DNA of 44,589 bases, from assembly GCA_013389075.1 (NCBI GenBank), contig JACAEB010000116.1, positions 1-44,589 of the forward strand, in the 5' to 3' direction. Source of the DNA: Alphaproteobacteria bacterium. GTDB taxonomy: Bacteria; Pseudomonadota; Alphaproteobacteria; JACAEB01. Of the stretch, positions 24,851-33,221 are shown one piece after another. The notes under the pieces are model-generated. The model ran no database searches and was not told the DNA's origin. It saw nothing but the letters and a program-made list of their open reading frames with translations. Position 1 is the first letter of the stretch. Every line of letters starts with the position of its first letter. Position numbers and translations under genes: made by a program.

Positions 24851-26218
24851 ATGGGTATCAATCAGCTTATCGCCATTCTGTGGGCGCGGCGTCTGATCAT
24901 TGTCGGTTGTGTTATCGTCCTGGTTGCAATAACCGGCGCGATTACGTACTCCATTCCGAAGCAGTATGAGGCCACGACCAAGGTTCTGATCGACTCCAAC
25001 GAGAAGAACCCGGTCTCCGATCAGGTGGAGCAGCGGCTCCGCCTGACCGAGTTCCTGGGCCGCGAGACCGCCCTGATCACCTCCAAGCGCGTCTCCGAGC
25101 AGGTGGTCACCGATCTCAAGCTCCAGGACCGGCCCGATTTCCAGAAGGCCTATCTCAGCGCCACCAAGGGCACCCAGCCCATCGAGGACTGGATCGCCGG
25201 ACGGCTGCGTCAGCAGATCTCGGTCTGGCCGGCCGCCAAGGAGTCGGCGATCCTGATCACCGCCCGGGCCACCGATCCGGCGACAGCCGCGCGCTATGCC
25301 AATGCCTTCGCCGAGGCCTACATCACGACCAGCGTCGAGCTGCGTCAGGGCGCCGCCGAGCGCAAGTCGCAGATCCTCGACGAGCAGCAGCCCGAGCTCA
25401 GCGCCAAGCTCGCCGAGGCGCAGCGCCGGCTGCGGGCCTTCCAGGAAAAGCACGGCATCGTGGGCGCGGGTTCGCTGTCTGAGGAACAGGCGACGCTGAC
25501 GCGGCTGACCACGGATGCGGCCGACGCCGCCGCCCTCGCGCAGAACGCGACGCTCAGCGCCAAGCTGTTCCACGAGGCTCTGGATGGCGGGCGCGAGATC
25601 AATTCGCTGCCCGAGGTCCGCGCCAACCCCATCATCAGCCAGATGCGCGCCAATCTCGCGATGGAGAACGCCAATCTGGCCGACACGCGCGCGCGGTTCG
25701 GCACGAGCCACCCCAATTACACGGCCGGGCTCGCCCGCAAGCGCGCCATGGAAGACGAGATCCAGTCCGAGTTCCTGAAGATCGGCAAGGGTCTCGATCT
25801 CGCCGCCGAGAATGCGCTGCGCCAGGTCGAGGACGTCAACAAGAACCTCGAGAAGCAGAAGCAGCTCGTCGTCGCCCTGCAGGAAGTGCAGAACGAATAC
25901 GACGTCCTGTTCCGCGAGGTGCAGTCCCGCCAGGCCATCCTGTCGCGGGTCATCCAGCGCGGCGGCGAGGAGAGCCTCGACAGCCGGCTCGACAACATCA
26001 GCGCGATGATCATCTCGAAGGCCGAGGCGCCGGGCGCGCCCTCCTTCCCGGACGTCCAGCTCAATATCGCGCTCGCCACCGTGATGGGCGGCGGGCTTGG
26101 CGTGCTGGTGGCTCTCCTGTTCGAGTTCCTGAGCCGCCGCATCCTGATCGATGAAGATCTCGTCTACGCAACGGGAGCGCCGGTGCTGCTTGCACTGCCG
26201 CGAAGAACAAATGGATAG
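24851..26218 (+). CDS. Polysaccharide co-polymerase / chain-length determinant (Wzz, GumC, EpsF-like)
   Basis: N-terminal TM LIIVGCVIVLVAITGAI, then the Wzz motif YEATTKVLID, a long coiled-coil periplasmic region, and the C-terminal TM IALATVMGGGLGVLVALLFEFL. It has no kinase domain of its own. ATG 24851 is preceded by GGGAG. Confidence 0.85.
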   Translation: MGINQLIAILWARRLIIVGCVIVLVAITGAITYSIPKQYEATTKVLIDSNEKNPVSDQVEQRLRLTEFLGRETALITSKRVSEQVVTDLKLQDRPDFQKAYLSATKGTQPIEDWIAGRLRQQISVWPAAKESAILITARATDPATAARYANAFAEAYITTSVELRQGAAERKSQILDEQQPELSAKLAEAQRRLRAFQEKHGIVGAGSLSEEQATLTRLTTDAADAAALAQNATLSAKLFHEALDGGREINSLPEVRANPIISQMRANLAMENANLADTRARFGTSHPNYTAGLARKRAMEDEIQSEFLKIGKGLDLAAENALRQVEDVNKNLEKQKQLVVALQEVQNEYDVLFREVQSRQAILSRVIQRGGEESLDSRLDNISAMIISKAEAPGAPSFPDVQLNIALATVMGGGLGVLVALLFEFLSRRILIDEDLVYATGAPVLLALPRRTNG

Positions 26219-26266
26219 GGAAGGGAGTGCGCCCAGCCGTTCGGTGCGGGAGCGAAAGGTAGTCCG

Positions 26267-27184
26267 ATGAACCGACCGACCCTAAGACCCGACATGTCGG
26301 CGCACGAGCCGCCCGCCCATACGGAGCGGCTGGGCGAGATCCTCGTGCGCATGGGGGCGCTCGCTCCCGCTGACGTCGATCGGGTGGTGCAGGTTCAGGC
26401 CAAGACCGGCGGCTCGTTCGGCCATGTGGCCGTGCGCCAGTCCCTGGTGACCGCGGACCAGGTGCGCGCCGCGCTCGCCCATCAGTTCGGCTATATGAGC
26501 GCCGACGGCATCGACGTGCCGCAGGGCATGTCGCGCGAGCTCATCATGCTGTTCGACACGATGGGCCGCAGCGCGGAGCGCATCCGCATCCTGCGCTCGC
26601 ATCTGATGATCCACCATTTCCAGAACGGCGAGCGCATGCTGGCCGTCACCGGCATCGGCGACAATTCCGGGTCGACCTATATCGCGGCCAATCTCGCCAC
26701 CTCGATCGCGCAGCTCGGCCGGCGCGTCCTGCTCATCGATGCGAACCTGCGCGCCCCGCGGATGCGTCAGCTCTTCGGGATCGACAATCCGCTCGGCCTC
26801 TCGGACGTGCTCGCCGGACGGGCCTCCGTCGACAATGTGATCATGTCCAACCTCATCGAGAACCTCGCCATCCTGCCGGCGGGCACCATTCCGCCCAACC
26901 CGCAGGAACTTCTCGGATCGCCGCGGTTCCAGGAGATGATGGCCCAGTTCAAGAGCGTGTTCGGCGTGATCATCATCGACACCTGCGGCGATGAAGGCAT
27001 CGCGGACGCCGAGCAGGTCTGGAACGAGGCCCGCAGCGTGCTGCTCGTCGCGCGGCGCGGCCGCTCGCGGTACAATCACGCGCGGCGGATGGCCGACGGG
27101 ATCCGCGCCATGGGCGCGACGGTTGTCGGTACCGTGATGAACGGGTACGCGGGACCGGCACCCAAGCGCCGCCGGGCCTTCTGA
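26267..27184 (+). CDS. EpsG/BY-kinase-like ParA-fold ATPase homologue with a degenerate Walker A and an N-terminal MshEN/T2SSE_N-like domain
   Basis: The C-terminal two-thirds align with BY-kinase modules (VLLIDANLR, VIIIDTCG, LAILPAGTIPPNPQELL). The Walker A position reads GIGDNSGST, with no Lys. The N-terminus carries RLGEILVRMGALAPADVDRVVQVQ-AKTGG-SFGHVAVRQSLVTADQVRAALAHQ. Confidence 0.75.
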   Translation: MNRPTLRPDMSAHEPPAHTERLGEILVRMGALAPADVDRVVQVQAKTGGSFGHVAVRQSLVTADQVRAALAHQFGYMSADGIDVPQGMSRELIMLFDTMGRSAERIRILRSHLMIHHFQNGERMLAVTGIGDNSGSTYIAANLATSIAQLGRRVLLIDANLRAPRMRQLFGIDNPLGLSDVLAGRASVDNVIMSNLIENLAILPAGTIPPNPQELLGSPRFQEMMAQFKSVFGVIIIDTCGDEGIADAEQVWNEARSVLLVARRGRSRYNHARRMADGIRAMGATVVGTVMNGYAGPAPKRRRAF

Positions 27185-27221
27185 AACAGCGCTCGGCGCG
27201 ACCACGGGGCGGCAGACGGCT

Positions 27222-28130
27222 TTGGCGGTCACGGCACAGCACCAGCATGGCCATGGCGAGGCACGCGGCGCGATCGCGCCGCTTCTGCCCGGGCTCGCCG
27301 CGCTCGCCCCGGTGCTCCTGTGCCTGTCTCTCCTCTACGGGCTGACGATCCTCGACCTTGCCCGCGAGGTCTGGCCAGACCCCCAGCAGGGGCACGGCCC
27401 CTTCATCCTTGCCATCGCCCTCGGGGCCGCCGCCGCCCGCATCCGCCTCTTTCTCGGCATCGAGGGGAGCGCGCCGGTCGCGGGCACGGCGGTACTGCTT
27501 CTCGGGCTCGCGGCCTATGCGCTCGGCCGCTCGCAGGAGATCCTCCTCTTCGAGACCGCGTCGATCCTGCCCGTCATCGCGGGGTCGGTTCTCATCCTCA
27601 AGGGCTGGCCCGGGTTGAGGCTTCTCTGGTTTCCCGTGGTCTTTCTCGGCTTCTGGATCGTCTGGCCGGGCTGGCTCATCGACGGCGTCACCCAGCCGCT
27701 GAAGATCCTCCTCTCGGACGCGACGGTCGAGCTCCTCTACCGGCTCGGCTTTCCGGTCGGGCACAGCGGGGTCGCGATCACAATCGGCGCCTATCAGGTG
27801 CTGATCGCCGATGCCTGTTCGGGGCTCAATTCGCTCCTCACACTGACGGCGGTGGGGGTCCTCTATCTCTACATCTGCAAATACCGGTCGCTGACGCGCA
27901 ATCTCGTGATCCTCGCAGCGCTCGTGCCCATCGCCATCTTCGCCAACTGGCTGCGCGTCATCGCGCTCACCCTGATCACCTATGCCTTCGGCGCGGAGGC
28001 GGGCGAGGGCTTCGTGCATGATTTCACCGGCCTCTTCCTCTTCTCGACCGCCCTTCTCGGCGTGCTCGCGCTCGATGGTCTGATCGGGCTCGGCGGGGTG
28101 TTCTCGCGCGCGCGGCGGGCCGGGCCATGA
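27222..28130 (+). CDS. Exosortase (EpsH/Xrt family transpeptidase)
   Basis: 302-aa polytopic membrane protein with the catalytic-Cys motif LIADACSGLNSL and the conserved Arg motif FANWLRVIAL. The only available start in the frame is TTG 27222, and there is no internal Met. The stop overlaps the EpsI start (ATGA at 28127-28130). Confidence 0.85.
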   Translation: MAVTAQHQHGHGEARGAIAPLLPGLAALAPVLLCLSLLYGLTILDLAREVWPDPQQGHGPFILAIALGAAAARIRLFLGIEGSAPVAGTAVLLLGLAAYALGRSQEILLFETASILPVIAGSVLILKGWPGLRLLWFPVVFLGFWIVWPGWLIDGVTQPLKILLSDATVELLYRLGFPVGHSGVAITIGAYQVLIADACSGLNSLLTLTAVGVLYLYICKYRSLTRNLVILAALVPIAIFANWLRVIALTLITYAFGAEAGEGFVHDFTGLFLFSTALLGVLALDGLIGLGGVFSRARRAGP

Positions 28131-28855
28131 GGGTGGACGGAACGCTCCTCCTGCGGGCCGGCGCCATCGCCCTTCTGATGCTGGGCGCGCTCGGCGCCAC
28201 GGCCGCGATCACGCCGCAGTCGCGGGCGCTGTCGGCCGACAGGGTCGCAGCTCTCGGCGAGATGCTGCCCATGGCGTTCGGCGACTGGCGGCAGGCCGAG
28301 GACCTGACGGTGGTGCTGCCCGACCCCCGTGTCCAGCGCATGGTCGAGACCCTCTATACCGAGACGGTCGCGCGGACCTACGAGAATGCCGAGGGGCGGC
28401 AGATCATGCTCGTCCTCGCCTATGGCGAGGACCAGTCCGCCCAGCTTCAGCTCCACCGCCCCGAGACCTGCTACCGGGCGCAAGGCTTCACCGTGCGCGA
28501 GACCGGGCGGCCGGCGCTGGCCATCGGCGGGGGCGTCCTGCCGGTCAAGCAGCTCCTCACCGAGCGGCCCCTGCGCCGGGAGCCCGTCACCTACTGGATG
28601 CGGGTCGGCGGGAGCGTCGTGACGGGGGTGGCCGACCGTCAGTGGGCGAAGCTGTCGGCGGGCCTGTCGGGCACCGTGCCGGACGGCATACTGGTGCGCG
28701 TCTCCAGCCTGTCGAGCGATGCCGATCAGGCATTCGCCCTGCAGGCGGACTTCATCCGGGAGCTCCTTCTCGCGCTCGATCCGGCCGGACGCCGCCTTCT
28801 TCTGGGGACGCAGGCCGAGCGCGTGGAGCCGCCGACACGGGCGGTCGAGGGATAG
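28127..28855 (+). CDS. EpsI-family exosortase-associated protein
   Basis: N-terminal anchor LLLRAGAIALLMLGALGATAA and the family signature LQLHRPETCYRAQGF. It is translationally coupled to the exosortase. Confidence 0.8.
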   Translation: MRVDGTLLLRAGAIALLMLGALGATAAITPQSRALSADRVAALGEMLPMAFGDWRQAEDLTVVLPDPRVQRMVETLYTETVARTYENAEGRQIMLVLAYGEDQSAQLQLHRPETCYRAQGFTVRETGRPALAIGGGVLPVKQLLTERPLRREPVTYWMRVGGSVVTGVADRQWAKLSAGLSGTVPDGILVRVSSLSSDADQAFALQADFIRELLLALDPAGRRLLLGTQAERVEPPTRAVEG

Positions 28856-29129
28856 GCAGGGGCCCCGTGACCATGTCGCATGAGGGGACGGGGACGGCGC
28901 ACGGGCGCGTAAGGGAGCCTTCACCCGGCCGTGCCAAAGTGGAACCTCGCCCCGGCCGGCGGCTTGCCATCACGGGGACCGGGCAGCCGGGGCACACAGA
29001 ATCGTGGCATTGGCCCCGGAGCGTCCCGCCTCGGGCCCTGCCGGAAGGGCCTTTGGCCGGGGTGGCACGGGCAGGACGGTCTGCGCCCTGGGGCGGGGGC
29101 GGTGCGTGAGACAGGAAGGGTCCGAACCG

Positions 29130-30581
29130 GTGAGTGAGGGCAAGGGTCTCGGGGCTGCCGGAGTGCCGGCGGCCGATCAGGGAGCCGCTTCCGGCGTGGA
29201 GGCGGCCCTGCCGGCTGCGGTCGAGCGCTTTCTCGAGCGGATCCCGCCCGGGGCGCGCGGCCTCAAGCGCCTGCTTCGGCGCGGCGTGCGGCTCGGCCTC
29301 TCCCATCGGGCACTCTTGGAGAAGGCCGCGCTGGCCCTGGGGCTCAGGGGGCTTGCGGCGGTCTCCTCGCTTCTCCTCAACATCATGCTCGGCCGCGCCC
29401 TCGGGCCGGCGGGCCTCGGCCTCTATTTCCTCGCCACCACCATCGCCCGCATGCTCGGCCTGGTCGGCACCTGGGGGGGCGAGCAGTCGAGCACCCGCCT
29501 CGTCGCCCGCGCGCGGGCGCGGGGGCGCCATGACGAGGCGCGCGGCGCGGCACAGACGGCGATGATCATCTGCGGCGCCGGATCGACCGTCATGGCGGTG
29601 CTGCTCTATCTCCTCGCCGGACCGATCGCCGTCGGCATCTTCAACAATCCCGATCTCGTGCCGGTGCTGAAGGCGGTGGCGCCGCTGATCGTGCTGCACG
29701 GCTTCACCCTCGTCATCGGCGGGCTCTTCGTCGCGGTCGAACGGGCCGGGCTCGCCGTGTTCATCAACGCGCTCGGCGCCCCGCTCGCGGGCGTGATCAT
29801 CTATGGCTTCCTCGTCGGCGAGCGCACGCTCGGAACCGCCATCCAGTCCGTGCTGATCTCGACCGCCCTGACGGGGCTCGCGGGGCTCGCCCTCTGGGCC
29901 GTGATCGCGCGCAAGGCGCTCGGGAGCGGGCAGGCGCCGATCGATTTCGGCCCGGCCTTCAAGAGCGGCGTCCATCTCGTCCTCGTGACCCTGGTCGCGC
30001 GGGCGCAGGAATGGATGACGGTGATCCTCCTCGGCATTCTCGCAACGGCCACCGAGCTCGCCCAGTTCTCGCTTCCCAACCGCATCACCGGGCTGATGAT
30101 GATCATTCTGATCGCCGTCAACATGACGGTGCGCGGCCGCTATGCCTCGCTCCACGCCACGGGCGACACGGCCGGGCTCGAGCGGCTCGCGCGGGTGGTG
30201 AACGGGCTCACCATGGTGCTGGCGGCGGGGCCGACGCTCGTCCTTCTGGCCTTCCCGGGCTTCATCATGGGCCTCTTCGGCGACGGGTTCGTCAGTGCCG
30301 CTCCCATTCTCCAGCTCCTCGCGGTGACGCAGTGGTTCGCGGTCTCCATGGGATCGGTCGGCCAGCTGCTCCTGATGGGCGGGCTCGAGCGCGTCGCCAT
30401 GCGCATCTCGGTCGGCTGCGCCCTCCTGCTGCTGGTCGCGCTCCTCATCGCCATTCCGGTCTGGGGCGCCATCGGCGCGGCCGTGGCGGCGGCGCTGACG
30501 ACGGTAATCCAGCGGATCTGGACGACCATGGCCGTGCGACGGCACATGGGCATCCGGCTCGGGGTCACGGCATTCTTCTGA
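29130..30581 (+). CDS. Wzx-like oligosaccharide flippase (polysaccharide biosynthesis / MOP superfamily)
   Basis: It has a multi-TM hydrophobic profile throughout, starting with LALGLRGLAAVSSLLLNIMLGRALGPAGLGLYFLA. The start is uncertain: the ORF opens at ATG 29004, and GTG 29130 was chosen because the first about 40 codons are Gly/Arg/Pro-rich and unlike real protein. There is no in-frame ATG before the first TM helix. Confidence 0.75.
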   Translation: MSEGKGLGAAGVPAADQGAASGVEAALPAAVERFLERIPPGARGLKRLLRRGVRLGLSHRALLEKAALALGLRGLAAVSSLLLNIMLGRALGPAGLGLYFLATTIARMLGLVGTWGGEQSSTRLVARARARGRHDEARGAAQTAMIICGAGSTVMAVLLYLLAGPIAVGIFNNPDLVPVLKAVAPLIVLHGFTLVIGGLFVAVERAGLAVFINALGAPLAGVIIYGFLVGERTLGTAIQSVLISTALTGLAGLALWAVIARKALGSGQAPIDFGPAFKSGVHLVLVTLVARAQEWMTVILLGILATATELAQFSLPNRITGLMMIILIAVNMTVRGRYASLHATGDTAGLERLARVVNGLTMVLAAGPTLVLLAFPGFIMGLFGDGFVSAAPILQLLAVTQWFAVSMGSVGQLLLMGGLERVAMRISVGCALLLLVALLIAIPVWGAIGAAVAAALTTVIQRIWTTMAVRRHMGIRLGVTAFF

Positions 30582-30602
30582 GGCGGGGCCCGCGAGGGGC
30601 GG

Positions 30603-31511
30603 TCAGGCGGCGTAGGCCGGATCGACCTCGAAGCCAAGGGCCCGGACGGCTTCGATGTCCCGCGCCGCGAAGGCCTCGGGGGGAGCCGCGCGATAACGCC
30701 CCATCGAGCCCGGTTCGCGCGGCAGCCCCGCGAGGCGGTCGCGCTCCTGCGGGGGCAGGGAGAGGCCCGCAAAGGCGAGGATCTCGTCGACGGCGGCGCG
30801 TGGATCGGCGACGAGCGTCTCGAAGCGCAGCACGAGATGCCGGCCCGGTAGGGCGCGGGCCGAGAAATCCAGCGTGCGCTGATTGGAACGGACCCAGTAG
30901 GCGAGGCTGCGGCGCGGGGCATCCTCCGCCCCCGTCCCGTCTATGCCGAAGAGCGGCCCCCAATTGTAGAGCTGCTGCTGGTTGCCGCTCAGCGCCATGT
31001 CGAGCCCGTGCCGCATGACGTGGATGTAGCGCAGGCCCGGAAAGGCGCGCGCGAGCTGCGGCAGGAAGATGTGGGCGTTCGGCTCCTTGAAGCCCCAGCC
31101 GAGCCGGTCGTCGGGCAGCGTGAAGGGCAGGAGGCCCTTGCCGAGGCGAAGATAGGGCCAGAGGCCCTTGCCCGACCCGTTGGGGGCATGCCCCGTCCGC
31201 GCCATCGCCGCCGCCTTGCCGAGCAGGAAGGCAAGATCGCTCCCCGAGCGCGCGGCGGGACCGAAGAGGCCGGCCTTCAGCAGGCGGAGTTCCGTCTCGA
31301 GCGCGGGAAGCTCCGCCTCCGGAGGAAGCGGTCCCGTCCCGAGCAGGCCGCGCTGCTTGAAGAGGAGCGTGAACCAGAGATTGTCGAGCGGGCCGTTGAG
31401 GTCCCGCCCGATATAGAGCCCGGCCTCGGTCAGGATCTGGGCGACGACGCGCGTTCCCGATCCGCCGCCGCCACCGACCACGAGGGGAGGGGTGTCCGCG
31501 ACGGGCGTCAT
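30603..31511 (-). CDS. Sulfotransferase-family protein
   Basis: This is the C-terminal part of the 836-aa track ORF. The real start is ATG 31511 (MTPVADTPP), overlapping the upstream gene's stop (ATGA). It has the PAPS-loop-like VVGGGGGSGTRVVAQIL and the 3'-PB-like YIHVMRHGLDMALS. Confidence 0.75.
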   Translation of the reverse strand: MTPVADTPPLVVGGGGGSGTRVVAQILTEAGLYIGRDLNGPLDNLWFTLLFKQRGLLGTGPLPPEAELPALETELRLLKAGLFGPAARSGSDLAFLLGKAAAMARTGHAPNGSGKGLWPYLRLGKGLLPFTLPDDRLGWGFKEPNAHIFLPQLARAFPGLRYIHVMRHGLDMALSGNQQQLYNWGPLFGIDGTGAEDAPRRSLAYWVRSNQRTLDFSARALPGRHLVLRFETLVADPRAAVDEILAFAGLSLPPQERDRLAGLPREPGSMGRYRAAPPEAFAARDIEAVRALGFEVDPAYAA

Positions 31512-33067
31512 GACCGCGGCCCCGATCCGTGCGGCAGGAGACCCCGCCGGTCGAGGTCGAGCGCCACGAGCGCGGTGCCGCAGACCATGAAGAAGATCGG
31601 AAAGTTCGCGTCGATCGACAGCACGAGCTTGACGATCGCAAAGCCCATGATCGCGCAGGCGAGCGCGAGCAGGAGGTGACCCTCCGGCCCGTCGCGCGAA
31701 TAGGATCGCAGGAAGAGCTGATACATGAGCAGGCCGAACAGCGTCACCATGGCGATGAGGCCGGGAATGCCGGTATCGAGCACGATGTTGATGTAGTAGC
31801 AGTCGACCGTCAGGTTCTTGAAGGTGCGGTAGCCGAGCACCTGCAGCGCATTGCCCGCGCCGTATCCCACGACCGGGCTCGCCGCGATGCGGGGGATGGC
31901 CTGCTTCCACTGGTCGATCCGGTGCTGGCTCGAGGCGGCCGTCGACGCGGTGTCGCCCTTGGCGATCTTGGCCGTCGCGGCGAGGATGGCCGGCCCCCCC
32001 ATGGCGAGCCCCCCGGCGATGAACAGGGCGACGAGAACCCGGTAGCGCGAGAACGGGTTGAAGCGCTGGAAGCGCACGAGGCCGAGGCCGATGAACAGCG
32101 CGATCTCGAACAGGAAGGCCACCTGCGCGCTGCGCGAGTCGGCCGCCAGCACGGCCATCACGCAGGTCACGACGATCCCGAAATAGATGACCTGCATCAG
32201 GAAGTTGCGCGCCGTGATCAGGCGGTAGAGCACGAAGGGCACGCACAGCGCCACGAACTCGGCCATGGCGAGCGGATGGCTGAACGGCCCCTGGACCCGG
32301 TACTCGCCGGCGCGGAAGCGGCTCTCCTGGGCGATCATCGTCCATTCGGAGGAGATGGTCAGGAAGGCCGGCCAGTAGCGGACATAGGGGTTTTCCTGCT
32401 GCACCGCCTCGATGTTGGCGAGCACGGAGAGAAGTGTGACCGAGGCCACCAGCGCGGAGATGACCATCTCGATCCGCGCCCGCGAATTGATCACCACGCA
32501 GGCGATGATGACCGGCAGGAACCAGAAGAGGATCCGCTGCACCAGCTCGTAGGTGGTGATGTTCATGTTGTAGGCGAGCGGCGTCGAGGCGAGGAAGCAG
32601 ACGAGGAGGACGCCCAGCGTTACGAAGACCGGCTTGTTGTTCCCCACGATGGAGCTGAGCTCCCGGCGCAGCACCATGGAGGTCGCGAGCTGCCAGATCG
32701 TCATCACGAGGATGGCGTAGAACAGCACCTTGGGAAGGCTCAGGACCGGCATGCCCGGAACGTCGATCCCGCCATATTGCGGCCAGAGCGACCAGACGAA
32801 GACCATGAAGGCGAGAAGGCCGAAGGTGATGGCGCGCGTGTGGCTGCGGTTCTGGGCGGGCACGGCGAGCAGCACGGCGAGCCCGAAGGGCGCGAGCACC
32901 ACGATCGCCATCAGCGGGTTGAAGGTCAGGACGAAATAGCTGAGGAACAGCATGGCGAGCACGGCGCAGAGCACGAGCGCCACCACCCCCCAGGGGCTCG
33001 GCCCCCGGAAGGAGTGGTAGGTGGGGGGTGTCGGATAGACCCTGCCCCTCGTCGCCTCGTTCGCCAT
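31508..33067 (-). CDS. O-antigen ligase/polymerase-like (Wzy_C-type) polytopic membrane protein
   Basis: 519 aa with at least 10 hydrophobic helices and a large loop late in the protein (…TAKIAKGDTASTAASSQHRIDQWKQAIPRIAASPVVGYGAGN), as in O-antigen ligase/Wzy-family proteins found in exosortase loci. Confidence 0.7.
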   Translation of the reverse strand: MANEATRGRVYPTPPTYHSFRGPSPWGVVALVLCAVLAMLFLSYFVLTFNPLMAIVVLAPFGLAVLLAVPAQNRSHTRAITFGLLAFMVFVWSLWPQYGGIDVPGMPVLSLPKVLFYAILVMTIWQLATSMVLRRELSSIVGNNKPVFVTLGVLLVCFLASTPLAYNMNITTYELVQRILFWFLPVIIACVVINSRARIEMVISALVASVTLLSVLANIEAVQQENPYVRYWPAFLTISSEWTMIAQESRFRAGEYRVQGPFSHPLAMAEFVALCVPFVLYRLITARNFLMQVIYFGIVVTCVMAVLAADSRSAQVAFLFEIALFIGLGLVRFQRFNPFSRYRVLVALFIAGGLAMGGPAILAATAKIAKGDTASTAASSQHRIDQWKQAIPRIAASPVVGYGAGNALQVLGYRTFKNLTVDCYYINIVLDTGIPGLIAMVTLFGLLMYQLFLRSYSRDGPEGHLLLALACAIMGFAIVKLVLSIDANFPIFFMVCGTALVALDLDRRGLLPHGSGPRS

Positions 33068-33221
33068 CGGCGCGGTGCTCCCCGGGTTCCTGACGGACCC
33101 GTGCCTTGTCCAAAGCCTCGCAGAGCTAGCAGACTCCGCGGTCGGCGATAAAGATCGCGCATCGCCGCAGCGCGCTCAAATCCGGTCCGTCGCGGCGAAG
33201 GTATCGGCCCCTCGCCGGGCG

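Noticed and set aside
31512-33113. Upstream 530 codons of the 836-aa ORF 30603..33113 as part of one giant protein
   Set aside because: That part is Arg/His/Pro/Gly-rich. The alternative frame (31508..33067) encodes a coherent polytopic membrane protein. The sulfotransferase begins at Met 31511 with an ATGA overlap.
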